From: Collinsella sp.
GTDB lineage: Bacteria > Actinomycetota > Coriobacteriia > Coriobacteriales > Coriobacteriaceae
NCBI GenBank assembly: GCA_048203815.1
Contig: DBFBKG010000145.1
Location: 2,220 to 66,219 of the forward strand
Direction: 5' to 3'
DNA: 64,000 nucleotides
A model generated the notes under the pieces. That model was not told the origin of the DNA. It ran no database searches and saw nothing but the letters and a program-made list of their open reading frames with translations. Position numbers and translations under genes: made by a program. Shown piece after piece: positions 18,749-28,193 of the stretch. How positions within the stretch are numbered: the first letter of the stretch is position 1; every line of letters begins with the position of its first letter.

Positions 18749-18797
18749 CCCGTGTATCAATCAAAAACGTTTTCCACTAACAGTATACCGAATTAAT

Positions 18798-18813
18798 ACG
18801 AACTACCGTTCGT
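18798..18813. promoter_or_regulatory. LexA (SOS) box upstream of rarA
   Basis: ACGAAC-TACC-GTTCGT; overlaps the -35 region of a minus-strand promoter whose -10 is TATACT (18782-18787). Confidence 0.75.
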
Positions 18814-20050
18814 TAATATAGGTACGGTGCGGAAACTCCAGACCAGGGAACAGCTTGCACGTCAGCTCGCAGAAATAACCGTCCGTCATGCTCGCGATAT
18901 AATCCACCACGGCTTGATCCTTGTCGTCCTGCCAGGCATAGGTGCGATCATAGTAGGAAAGCTGCTGCTCAATGCGCGAAATATGGTGCTTAAAGATGTA
19001 AGAGGACTCGTCGCCACTGTTAAGATCCCGCAGGCAACGGTCGTAGAGCTTTACGAACGCCTCGCGCAGCTCCGCCTCGGAATCGCCTTCGATACCGCCC
19101 TTGCTATAGATCTTCTCGTAGTTCTCGCGCTTGGCTCGGCGAATTTCCTCAAACAGGTCCTCGCTCATCTCGATGCGCGGCTTACCATAGCTGTGCTCAA
19201 CGATATCGATGGAGGCATGCGTGAGGATCCAACTGTTGTAGGCACCGCCCCGGCCATCATCAAAAGCGTCGGGCGAAAGCAGGCCCGCCGCGATCGCATC
19301 CTGACGGTCACGACCGACGTAGGCAAGAATATCCGAGATGCGAACGACGCAGCCCTCGAGCGTCATGGGGCGCAGATGCTCAATTGCGCTATAGCCCGTG
19401 GCGATGCAATCCTCAACCGTCTGGTCAAACTGGTCAAAGGAGCCCATGTCCGAGAGCTCAAACACACGCTGCTCGTACTCGCCGTTATGGCATAGCACGC
19501 CGTCGAGCGTCTGGAGCGACACGTTGCGGCCATACAACGCGTCGAGCACGCGAACCGACTGCACGTTATGGAAAAAATAACGCCCCGTACGCTCATGATA
19601 GATATCGTTGAGGAAGCGCTCGCCGGCATGGCCGAAAGGCGTGTGTCCCAAGTCGTGACCCAGGCCAATCGCCTCGATCAGATCGCAATTGAGCCCCAGG
19701 GCGCGACCGATATCGCGCGCAATGCGGGAGACGAGCTGCACGTGCAAACCGCGGCGTGACAGATCGTCATTGCTACGGAAGCTAAAGACCTGCGTTTTGC
19801 CTGCATAACGGGTGTACGCCGGAAGATGAAGTATCTTTTCGGTATCGCGCATAAACGCCGGACGCATAAGCGTGCCTTTGTCGGCGGCGCGATCAATACG
19901 ACGAATGACCTGATCATCGTTGCAACGATACGGGTTGACATAGCCCGAAGCACGATCGGCGGCAATGCGCTCGACAAGCTCGGGCGACAACGCCGAGGGA
20001 ATACGGTCCATGCGCGCCTTAATGACGGCCGTTTCTTGATTAGATTCCAT
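18803..20050 (-). CDS. HD-domain dNTP triphosphohydrolase (dGTPase-like)
   Basis: FMRD..KILH, KTQVF, HVQLV, GLGHDLGHTPFGHAGE, TLEG, DYIASMTD. Confidence 0.92.
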   Translation of the reverse strand: MESNQETAVIKARMDRIPSALSPELVERIAADRASGYVNPYRCNDDQVIRRIDRAADKGTLMRPAFMRDTEKILHLPAYTRYAGKTQVFSFRSNDDLSRRGLHVQLVSRIARDIGRALGLNCDLIEAIGLGHDLGHTPFGHAGERFLNDIYHERTGRYFFHNVQSVRVLDALYGRNVSLQTLDGVLCHNGEYEQRVFELSDMGSFDQFDQTVEDCIATGYSAIEHLRPMTLEGCVVRISDILAYVGRDRQDAIAAGLLSPDAFDDGRGGAYNSWILTHASIDIVEHSYGKPRIEMSEDLFEEIRRAKRENYEKIYSKGGIEGDSEAELREAFVKLYDRCLRDLNSGDESSYIFKHHISRIEQQLSYYDRTYAWQDDKDQAVVDYIASMTDGYFCELTCKLFPGLEFPHRTYINER

Positions 20051-20081
20051 GGCATGCTCCTTAAAAAGGATGCGCAATCGG

Positions 20082-20504
20082 TTACAAAGTGCAGCCCACG
20101 ACCTCGATTATGGCAAAAATCGGCACTAAAAACGGGAGCAATGGCAGGGAGCGCGATTTTGCGATGAGGCAAGCGACGGCAAGGGTCAGGAGCGCAACCG
20201 CAAACGCGACAACGCCGCCCAGGGGATCGAAGGTACAAAGGGCAAAGAGTGCCTTGACGTCCCCCATGCCAATGCCAGGAGCGTGGCGAACTCTACGCCA
20301 GAGCGACTCGGTAAGCACAAGGCCAAGGTAGACGATGACCGCAAGACCGGCGTGGTCAAGCGCTGTGTTCAAACCGAGGTCGAGCCAAACGCCCGCCAAC
20401 GCCATCACGGCACATGCGCCGGCAAGCCCATTGGGAAACCGTCGCTCTCGGGCATCAATTGCCACGCCGGCAAAGATGCAAATCCAAAACGGGATATAGA
20501 CCAT
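20082..20504 (-). CDS. Short prepilin peptidase (A24, TadV/CpaA-like)
   Basis: IDARERRFPN and GIGMGDVK catalytic Asp motifs, LPLLPF; GAGGAG SD. Confidence 0.8.
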   Translation of the reverse strand: MVYIPFWICIFAGVAIDARERRFPNGLAGACAVMALAGVWLDLGLNTALDHAGLAVIVYLGLVLTESLWRRVRHAPGIGMGDVKALFALCTFDPLGGVVAFAVALLTLAVACLIAKSRSLPLLPFLVPIFAIIEVVGCTL

Positions 20505-20535
20505 CGGACTCCTCCTCGAGCTGCATCGCAAAAGC

Positions 20536-20579
20536 AAAAACCACCACAAAGGTGCCTGTCCCCTTTGCGGTGGTTTTGG
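20536..20579 (-). repeat. REP-like hairpin/terminator, type A copy 1
   Basis: 16-bp stem with loop GGACAGGCA on the minus strand; 43/44 identical to the reverse complement of 28194-28237. Confidence 0.88.
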
Positions 20580-20585
20580 TGGTGG

Positions 20586-21881
20586 TTATTTGGCGCCTTG
20601 CATGACCTCGTCAAGGGTAACGTTGACGGCGTGCTGCGTCGGCACCCAGTCGACCTTCAGGAACAGCGCGGCCACCGTGATGGGGATATAGCTGAACATA
20701 AAGATCGGGAAGGTAAACAGGTTAGTTACCAGACGCCACTTTTGCGCGCAGTGAATGTGCTTGTACTCAAAGATAGTCGTGAGCAGCGCCAGGATAAAGA
20801 ACGTCTGATACATCATGGCGAAGGTCATAATGAGCGAGGCGGCACAAGCCTGCATCTCGACCTCGGTGGCCAAGAAGCCATGCGAAAGTCCGCCCACGAT
20901 GAGGAAGGTCGCGTTGGCGAGCATGGAGATCAGGGACAGCAGCATGCCCGGTGCGATCGTCATAAACATGTCGTAGGCAGCAAAGCGATGATAGCGGAAC
21001 GTCGATTTGACAAGATGCTTGCCGTAGGTAAAAAAGACCTGGTAGAAGCCCTTGGTCCAACGCATGCGCTGTTTCCAGGACGCCTTAAACGTCACCGGCT
21101 GCTCATCAAAGAACTCCGCCGGCGCATAGCCAATGCGAATGCCGTGAATGGCGCAGAACGTGGTGAACTGGATATCCTCGGTCAGCGTATGGAACTGCCA
21201 ACCGTGCATGCCCTCGATAACGCTGGCGGAGATGAGGTAGCCCGAACCCGAGACGGCGCAGGACGTCTTGCAGATATTACGCGCGTTGTTGAGGAAGCGG
21301 GCCTCGCGCAGATACCAGGTGGCGTTAGCCGCAGAGATCCACGAGCTGCCGAAGTTCTTAGAGTTGCGGTAACTGGTGACCACATGAAAGCCCTGGTCAA
21401 AAGCATCGTTCATCTTGGATACGTAATCACGGGAAATGACGTTATCGGCATCGAAGATAAAGTAGCCTTCAAACGTATCGGGATACTCGTTAAGGATGCG
21501 GTCGAAGCCAAAGTCCATGACCCAACTCTTGCCCTTGCGGGCAAGGTCATTGCGCTCATAAACGATGGCGCCCGCCTCGCGCGCGAGCTGCGCCGTATTA
21601 TCGGTGCAGGCATCGGCGACCACGAAGACCTCGATAAGCTCGGACGGATAATCCTGATCCTTGATGGAGCGAACGAGGTTAGCGATCACGGCCTCCTCGT
21701 TATGCGCTGCAATAAAGAAGGCATAACGATGCAGCTTTTTGGCCTTAGGGGGCGCGACCTCGCCACGAAGAGCGCCGATGACAAAGAAGACCACCTGGTA
21801 CAGAAAGCAGACCGTGAGCAGCGTGACGACAATCTGGTTGAAAATCACGATGGGTGTGTTGGTTTGTAAAAAGGCGAGCAT
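20586..21881 (-). CDS. Processive family-2 glycosyltransferase (membrane)
   Basis: AHNEE, DACTD, FDADN, LTED, QRMRW (QxxRW), C-terminal TMs. Confidence 0.92.
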   Translation of the reverse strand: MLAFLQTNTPIVIFNQIVVTLLTVCFLYQVVFFVIGALRGEVAPPKAKKLHRYAFFIAAHNEEAVIANLVRSIKDQDYPSELIEVFVVADACTDNTAQLAREAGAIVYERNDLARKGKSWVMDFGFDRILNEYPDTFEGYFIFDADNVISRDYVSKMNDAFDQGFHVVTSYRNSKNFGSSWISAANATWYLREARFLNNARNICKTSCAVSGSGYLISASVIEGMHGWQFHTLTEDIQFTTFCAIHGIRIGYAPAEFFDEQPVTFKASWKQRMRWTKGFYQVFFTYGKHLVKSTFRYHRFAAYDMFMTIAPGMLLSLISMLANATFLIVGGLSHGFLATEVEMQACAASLIMTFAMMYQTFFILALLTTIFEYKHIHCAQKWRLVTNLFTFPIFMFSYIPITVAALFLKVDWVPTQHAVNVTLDEVMQGAK

Positions 21882-21963
21882 GCAGGCTCCCAGGAACGCG
21901 TTACGTAAACAATCATATATCTTACCGCAGGCTTACCGAGTTCAAGAAACCACCTAATACCGG

Positions 21964-22977
21964 CTAGGCTTCGAGCAGGCCGAGCTGCGGGACGATGTCG
22001 TCGCCAGCGGCAGTGCGGCCGAGCGAACGCGGGGCCAGATCATCCAGAACCGCCGCAAGATCCCACGGCAGCTCATCACGGCACTCAATGCGCTCCCCCG
22101 TCACGGGATGGTCGAATGCGACGCGCCAAGAATGAAGAAATTGCCTGGTCAGGCCCTGATCGGCGCGTGCATCGCACTTGCCGTAGAGTGGATCGCCCAC
22201 GCAGGCGTGGTTGATATGGCGCATATGCACACGAATCTGATGCGTGCGACCCGTAAACAGGTGGCACTCGACGAGCGTATAGCCGTCGTCAAATCGCGTG
22301 GAATCGAAGCGCTCGAGGACCTTAAAGGTCGTAATGGCCTGGCGCGCGAAAGGGTCGTCCGAAACCGCCATCTTGACGCGGTCGCGCGTCGATCGGGCGA
22401 TACCGGTGTTGATAGTGCCCTCGTCCATGGCGATGTGACCGTGAACGAGCGTGATATAGCGACGGTCGAGCGTGCGCGTGCGGATAAGATTTTGAAGCGC
22501 ACGCTGGGTGTCGTCGTCTTTTGCCGCGAGCATAAGGCCCGAGGTATCGCGATCCAGGCGATGCACGATGCCGGGGCGGTCCTCACCCTGCACAGTACCA
22601 AGATGATCGATACCGCAGTGGTAGACCAGAGCGTTTGCAAGGGTGCCGCTCTCGTGGCCATGGGCGGGATGGCACACCAGGCCGCGCTGCTTGGAGAGCA
22701 CGATGAGGTAGTCGTCCTCGTAACGGATATCGAGGGGAATGGCCTCGGGAATCACATCAGTAGGATCGTGCGGCTCGGGCAGGTCGACCGAGATGCGGTC
22801 ACCGGAGCGCACGGCATACTTTTTTGACAGGCAGGTCTCGCCGTTGACGGCCACGGCGCCTCCCTCGATCAGATGCGCGCAGGCAGAGCGCGTGGGACAG
22901 CCATCGTTGGCGCCCAGATAGGCGTCAAGACGCTGACCAGCGGAATCGTCGGCAACGAGAATATGGATGTCGGCCAT
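21964..22977 (-). CDS. RluA/RluD-family pseudouridine synthase
   Basis: QRLD S4 domain, RPGIVHRLDRDTSGL, TGRTHQIRVH, GDPLY. Confidence 0.96.
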   Translation of the reverse strand: MADIHILVADDSAGQRLDAYLGANDGCPTRSACAHLIEGGAVAVNGETCLSKKYAVRSGDRISVDLPEPHDPTDVIPEAIPLDIRYEDDYLIVLSKQRGLVCHPAHGHESGTLANALVYHCGIDHLGTVQGEDRPGIVHRLDRDTSGLMLAAKDDDTQRALQNLIRTRTLDRRYITLVHGHIAMDEGTINTGIARSTRDRVKMAVSDDPFARQAITTFKVLERFDSTRFDDGYTLVECHLFTGRTHQIRVHMRHINHACVGDPLYGKCDARADQGLTRQFLHSWRVAFDHPVTGERIECRDELPWDLAAVLDDLAPRSLGRTAAGDDIVPQLGLLEA

Positions 22978-23576
22978 TAGCGCTCATTCCTTTCGCGAAT
23001 CTTGCGGGCACGCTCCCCACGTTGTTTAGCCTTGCGCTTGGCGCGGGCCTCGTCACGAGCGTTAAGCTCGGCGGTCGCATCGACCTCACGGGCCGCGGGG
23101 CTCAAGAACATATAGCCAAAGAGGGCGAGCACGACGCCCAAGGTAATGCCGATATCGGCCACATTGAAGACAGGGAAGTCGATGAAGGTGGTGGCAATAA
23201 AATCGGTCACAAAGCCAAAGGCCAAACGATCGATAGCGTTGCCGATAGCACCGCCCGCAACCATCGCCATGCCCACAACCTCAAGATGGGCGAGCTGGGG
23301 TGCACGAACGAGGTACACGGCAATAGCGATAATGACTGCCAACGCCAGCACGGCAAACGCGATGCCATGCCCCTCGCCCATGCTAAAGGCGGCTCCGATA
23401 TTGCGGACAAACATAAAGTCGATGACACCGGGGATGACAGTCGCATGCAAAGCTTCGCCCACGGCACGAACCGCAAGCTTGGTCAGCTGGTCAACAAGCA
23501 GCACAACGAGCGCTACCCCACCAGCAACACCCAACCGCCAACGCAAAGGCGGCGTCATATCCCCAGTACGACCCAA
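22977..23576 (-). CDS. lspA: Lipoprotein signal peptidase II
   Basis: DQLTK, NIGAAFS, GAIGNAIDR, VTDFI, FPVFNVAD. Confidence 0.96.
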   Translation of the reverse strand: MGRTGDMTPPLRWRLGVAGGVALVVLLVDQLTKLAVRAVGEALHATVIPGVIDFMFVRNIGAAFSMGEGHGIAFAVLALAVIIAIAVYLVRAPQLAHLEVVGMAMVAGGAIGNAIDRLAFGFVTDFIATTFIDFPVFNVADIGITLGVVLALFGYMFLSPAAREVDATAELNARDEARAKRKAKQRGERARKIRERNER

Positions 23577-23677
23577 ATCAATCCCCTACCCTCAAGAACA
23601 TCGAATTACGTATAACGCAAATCAATATCTTATATTGACCAGCAACGAAATAGCCGATGATTCGTTACCGACAGCGA

Positions 23678-23817
23678 AAACCCGCCAGAGCGAGCAAGGT
23701 GCCTTGAAGCAAGGCGGCATAGACCTTATGGTCATGCCGCCGAAGCTGAAAGGCAGATTGCCGCTCTGGCGGGTTTGCAGCGTCGAGCCGTTACGCGGTT
23801 TGGTAAAACCGCGTAAC
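23678..23817. other. 99-nt long hairpin plus a second 12-bp hairpin in the ileS 3' region
   Basis: Perfect 15-bp outer stem 23678-23692/23762-23776, inner stem GGCGGCAT/ATGCCGCC; second perfect stem 23790-23801/23806-23817. Confidence 0.75.
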
Positions 23818-26618
23818 TACAGCGCGTCAGCGCAGCGCTTGCAGATATGCGCGTGACCGTTGTACTCGCCGACGGTGGTGCGGTAGTTCCAGCAACGGTC
23901 GCAGCACTCGCCCTCGGCAGCCTCGATGGCAACGGAGAGCTCCTCGCCCTGGGTCAGCTCAACATCGGAGACGATGTAGAACTCGGCGAGGTCGACGGCC
24001 TTGTCGCCGGTCAGCAGCGCATACATCTCGGCGGGAACGACCGCCTTGACGCGGACCTGCTGGCTCTTAGTGAAGGTGCCAGCGGAGCGGGCATCCTCAA
24101 GGGCCTTGGTCACGGCGCTACGGAGCTCGAGCGAAGCCTCGAGCACGCCCTCAAACTCATTGGCCTCGTCGACCGTGATGGGCGACTTGTACCAATCGAG
24201 CAGCGCGGCGTACTTCTGATGGTCAACGCAGCCGGCAGGCGCATAGGCCATGGCCTCGTCGACCGTGTAGGACAGGATCGGCTGCAGGTCGCGCATGAGC
24301 ATCGAGAAGAGCTCGGCAAGTACGGTCTGGGCGCTGCGGCGCTCGAGCGAACCGGGCTTGTCGCAGTACAGACGATCCTTCAGGGCGTCGAGGTACACGT
24401 TGGAGAGCTCGGTAACCACGAAGTCGTAAAGCGCACGGTAGGCGCGCGGGAACTCGTAGCTGGCGTAGGCATCGTCGACCTCGGCCTGGACCTGGGTCAG
24501 ACGGGCAACCATGAGCTTGTCGAGCGGCAGCAGGTCGGCAAAGGCGACACCGTCGGTCTCGGGCTCAAACTGACCCTCGAGCTCGGAGAGCAGGAAGCGC
24601 AGCGTGTTGCGGAAACGACGGTAGGCATCGGACGTACGGGCAAGGATCTCATGGTCGATGGAAACGTCGGAGCTGGTATCGACGGACGCAACCCACAGAC
24701 GGATGATGTCGGCGCCCATCTCGTCGCAGACCTTGTTGGGGTCGATGACGTTGCCGAGCGACTTGGACATCTTGCGGCCCTGGCCGTCGAGGGTGAAGCC
24801 CTGCGAGACGACTGCCTTGTACGGGGCGTGGCCGTTGGCACCCACCGAGGTGAGCAGCGAGCTCTGGAACCAACCACGATGCTGGTCGGAGCCCTCGAGG
24901 TACACATCCGCCGGGTACTCAAGCTCAGGGCGATACTCGCAGACGGCCTTCCAGGAGACGCCGGAATCCCACCACACGTCGAGGATGTCCTTATCGGCCT
25001 TGAGGTGATGGCCGCCGCACTTGGGGCAGACGCAGGCCTCGCCCAGGTAGCTCTCGGGAGCGTCGGTGAACCAAGCGTCGGAGCCCTTCTCGTGGAAGAG
25101 CTTGATGACGGCGTCGAGCGTGGCGTCGTTCATGACTTTCTCGCCGCAGTCGGCACAGGTGTAGCTCGGGATGGGCACGCCCCAGTTGCGCTGACGGCTG
25201 ATGCACCAGTCGGGACGCTGCTCGACCATGGCACCGATGCGGTTGGCCGCGTGGGCCGGATACCACTTGACGTTCTCGCGGACCTCTTTGCCAGCCTGCT
25301 CGCGCAAACCGGTCTTGTCCATCGAGACAAACCACTGGTCGGTAGCACGGAAGAGCACCGGGTGCTTGCAGCGCCAGCAGTGCGGATAGCTGTGCGTGAT
25401 CTTCTTCTCGAGGACCAGGGTGCCGCGCTCGCGCAGGAACTCGATGATGTGCGGGTTGGCCTCGTCGGTATCCATACCGCTGAAGGGGCCACCGGTGCCA
25501 AACTCCTCACCGGTGTAGAACTTGCCGTCGTCATCGACCGGCATGCAGATGTCGGTGATGCCCTCCTTGAGGCAGGCAAAGTAGTCGTCGACACCGTGGC
25601 CGGGCGAGTTATGGACGATACCGGTACCGTCATCGACACCGACGTAATCGGCCAGCAGCGCCACGCCCTCGACACCGTCAAAGATCGGCTGCTTGTAGTG
25701 GATGTGGTGGAAAGTCTCGGCGGGAACCACGTAGGGCTTGCCGTCGACCATGACCGGGGTGTACTCCCAGCCAAACTCCTCGCAGCACTTGGGAGCCAGG
25801 TCCTCGAGCATGACCTCGGCGCGGCCGTCGTGCTCAACGGCGACGTAGGCGGCGCCGGGCTTGAGGGAAACTGCCTGGTCGGAGGGGATGGTCCACGGCG
25901 TGGTCGTCCAGATGATGAAGTCAACCGGGCCGTCGAAGTTCTCGAGGCCGGCGGGCTTGGAGGTCATCTCGAAGCGCACGAAGATGGACGGGCTCGTCTC
26001 GTCGGAGTACTCAATCTCGGCCTCGGCGAGTGCGGTGTGGCAGTGCTTGCACCAGTGGACGGGCTTATGACCGCGATAGATCATGCCCTTGCCGAACATA
26101 GCCTTGAATACCTCGATGTCGGCGGCGTCATGCTGGTGATAGAGCGTCAGATACGGGTTGTCCCAGTCGCCGAGCACGCCCAGGCGACGGAAGCCGGCCT
26201 TCTGCAGCTCGATGTTCTCGACAGCGAACTTGTTGCAAAGCTCGCGAATCTTAGCCGTGGAGGTCTGGTTGAACTTCTCGGTGCCGAGCTTCTCCTCGAC
26301 CTTATGCTCAATCGGCTGACCGTGGCAGTCCCAACCGGGGACATAGGGAACTTCGCAGCCCTGCATCATCCAGTAACGGTTGATCATGTCCTTAGAGATC
26401 TTGTTCATGGCGTGGCCGATGTGGATCGGGCCGTTGGCGTACGGAGGGCCGTCGTGCAGCACGAACTTCTTGTGACCCTCGTTCTTCTTCAGAACCTGCT
26501 CGTAGACCTTGTTGTCCTGCCAGTCCTTGAGTCGCTTGGGCTCGGACTTGGAAAGACCGGCACGCATGGGAAAACCGGTCTTGGGCAGATTCATCGTCTG
26601 CTTGTACTCGTTTGCCAC
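23817..26618 (-). CDS. ileS: Isoleucine--tRNA ligase (type 1)
   Basis: DGPPYANG, HIGH, GWDCHG, WTTTPWT, DWCISRQR, KMSKS, C-terminal CDRCW..CKRC zinc finger. Confidence 0.98.
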   Translation of the reverse strand: MANEYKQTMNLPKTGFPMRAGLSKSEPKRLKDWQDNKVYEQVLKKNEGHKKFVLHDGPPYANGPIHIGHAMNKISKDMINRYWMMQGCEVPYVPGWDCHGQPIEHKVEEKLGTEKFNQTSTAKIRELCNKFAVENIELQKAGFRRLGVLGDWDNPYLTLYHQHDAADIEVFKAMFGKGMIYRGHKPVHWCKHCHTALAEAEIEYSDETSPSIFVRFEMTSKPAGLENFDGPVDFIIWTTTPWTIPSDQAVSLKPGAAYVAVEHDGRAEVMLEDLAPKCCEEFGWEYTPVMVDGKPYVVPAETFHHIHYKQPIFDGVEGVALLADYVGVDDGTGIVHNSPGHGVDDYFACLKEGITDICMPVDDDGKFYTGEEFGTGGPFSGMDTDEANPHIIEFLRERGTLVLEKKITHSYPHCWRCKHPVLFRATDQWFVSMDKTGLREQAGKEVRENVKWYPAHAANRIGAMVEQRPDWCISRQRNWGVPIPSYTCADCGEKVMNDATLDAVIKLFHEKGSDAWFTDAPESYLGEACVCPKCGGHHLKADKDILDVWWDSGVSWKAVCEYRPELEYPADVYLEGSDQHRGWFQSSLLTSVGANGHAPYKAVVSQGFTLDGQGRKMSKSLGNVIDPNKVCDEMGADIIRLWVASVDTSSDVSIDHEILARTSDAYRRFRNTLRFLLSELEGQFEPETDGVAFADLLPLDKLMVARLTQVQAEVDDAYASYEFPRAYRALYDFVVTELSNVYLDALKDRLYCDKPGSLERRSAQTVLAELFSMLMRDLQPILSYTVDEAMAYAPAGCVDHQKYAALLDWYKSPITVDEANEFEGVLEASLELRSAVTKALEDARSAGTFTKSQQVRVKAVVPAEMYALLTGDKAVDLAEFYIVSDVELTQGEELSVAIEAAEGECCDRCWNYRTTVGEYNGHAHICKRCADAL

Positions 26619-26661
26619 GGTACCCCTTTCATGTCATGGGCGCACACGCCCGTTGGGCACC

Positions 26662-26962
26662 AAAAAAGCGCCCGTCCCTACAAGCTGGGACGAAGCGCCA
26701 CAAAACGAGCTGTACGCCCGCAAAAGCTCTTCGTTTAACCACCCAGCTTAGATGCCCTCGCCCGCGTATTCGCGCGCTCGCATCCGTTACTCGGCTGGCC
26801 TGTATCGACGACCATCTCGGCGATATCTACTAAGACGGCCTGCGCGGCACGTCCGTTGGGACCGCAGCTCCGGGGTGATATTCATCGGTCGCATGCACGG
26901 GTTCTCAGCGCTCCCCGCTCTCTGTGGCATGCGGACGGCCGACTACTCGTCCCCATCAACGC
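26662..26962 (-). ncRNA. Ile T-box riboswitch (transcription-attenuating)
   Basis: Full Stem I (TGA/GGA GA motif, AGTA, AGAGA bulge, GCTGAGA loop); specifier ATC at 26877-26879; antiterminator AAGCTGGG-[TGGTTAA]-ACGAAG/CTTCGT-CCCAGCTT; terminator 26662-26698 with T6. Confidence 0.92.
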
Positions 26963-27103
26963 TTATGCGGAGTATGCTAGCACGTTCCGCGCCGGCGAAA
27001 AACCCTCAACACTGGTTTTATTCGTTCGAAATTTCTCGCGGCTGTGGACCTTCTCTTGGAGCAAAATACCTGAAAGCACTTTATCGAACGAAAGAAGGTT
27101 GCT

Positions 27104-28186
27104 ATGCGCACGATTGGAATGAGCGACTACACCGTTGGCGAGGATTGCTTTGATGAGCTGCCCGCCGCACTGGCGGAGTACGGCGCGAAGAAGGTCGCGA
27201 TCATCGGTGGCAAGCGGGCGCTGGCCGCAGCACTTCCCGGTATCGAAGCTGCGTTGGCGGGTACCGACGTCGAGATTCTGGAGACGCGCGTCTACGGCAC
27301 CAACAGTACGCGCGCCAATATCGCCAAGGTCGTAAACTCCCCCGCCTGCCAGGAAGCCGACGTGCTCATTGCTTGCGGCGGCGGCAAGGCGCTCGACACC
27401 GTGAAGACCGCAGCCATCGAGCTCAAGAAGATCGTCTTTACGGTGCCGACGATTTGCTCCAACTGCTCCGCTGCGACCGCCATTGCCGTCGTGTACAACG
27501 ACGACGGCTCGCTCGAGGGCTATTCGTACCCCAACCGACCGGCGCACATCTTCATCAACCCCAAGATCATCGCCGAGGCTCCGGCAGAGTACTTCTGGGC
27601 TGGTGTGGGCGATGCCCTCTCTAAGCAGCCCGAGGTCGAGTACGCCACGAGCGCCGGCAACCTGGAGCACACCGCCGGTCTTGGCCTGGCGCTCGCCCGC
27701 ACCTGTTCCGAGCCACTGTTTACCTATGGCGTCCAGGGTCTTGAGGACGTGCGTCAGAACCTGTCGAGCGAGGCCGTCAAGCAGATCGCGCTCGACATCG
27801 TGGTTAACACGGGCTACGTTTCCAACCTGACCAACCAGAACGATTACTACTACAACTCGAGCGTGGCGCACGCGTTCTACAACGCTACTTGCAGCATTCC
27901 GCGCGAGGGCACCTACCTGCACGGCGAGGTCGTGAGCCTGGGCGTGCTGGTACTGTTTGCCTATACGGGAGACACCGAGAACCTTGAACGCTACGCCGCC
28001 TTTAACAAGCAGATGGGGCTACCCGTGACGCTTGAGCAAGTCGGGCTTTCCGAATCCGATATCCCGGCCCTGTGCGAATACGCACACGCCACCAACGAGT
28101 GGAAACAGGGTAACCCGGAGCCCTTCACCGACGAGAAATTTGCCGCCGCTATCAAGGCCGCCGACGCCTACGGCCACACCCTCTAG
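27104..28186 (+). CDS. Glycerol-dehydrogenase-like (iron-containing ADH family) oxidoreductase
   Basis: GGGKALDTVK, VPTICSNCS, GVGDALSK, AHAFYN, HGEVV. Confidence 0.9.
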   Translation: MRTIGMSDYTVGEDCFDELPAALAEYGAKKVAIIGGKRALAAALPGIEAALAGTDVEILETRVYGTNSTRANIAKVVNSPACQEADVLIACGGGKALDTVKTAAIELKKIVFTVPTICSNCSAATAIAVVYNDDGSLEGYSYPNRPAHIFINPKIIAEAPAEYFWAGVGDALSKQPEVEYATSAGNLEHTAGLGLALARTCSEPLFTYGVQGLEDVRQNLSSEAVKQIALDIVVNTGYVSNLTNQNDYYYNSSVAHAFYNATCSIPREGTYLHGEVVSLGVLVLFAYTGDTENLERYAAFNKQMGLPVTLEQVGLSESDIPALCEYAHATNEWKQGNPEPFTDEKFAAAIKAADAYGHTL

Positions 28187-28193
28187 CTCTAGC

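Noticed and set aside
18764..18773. AAAACGTTTT palindrome as a cre/LacI site
   Set aside because: Does not fit TGNAANCG spacing; too short to support a call
23678..23776. Long hairpin as SRP RNA or 6S RNA
   Set aside because: No GGAA tetraloop or SRP helix-8 motif on either strand; too short for 6S and lacks the central bubble
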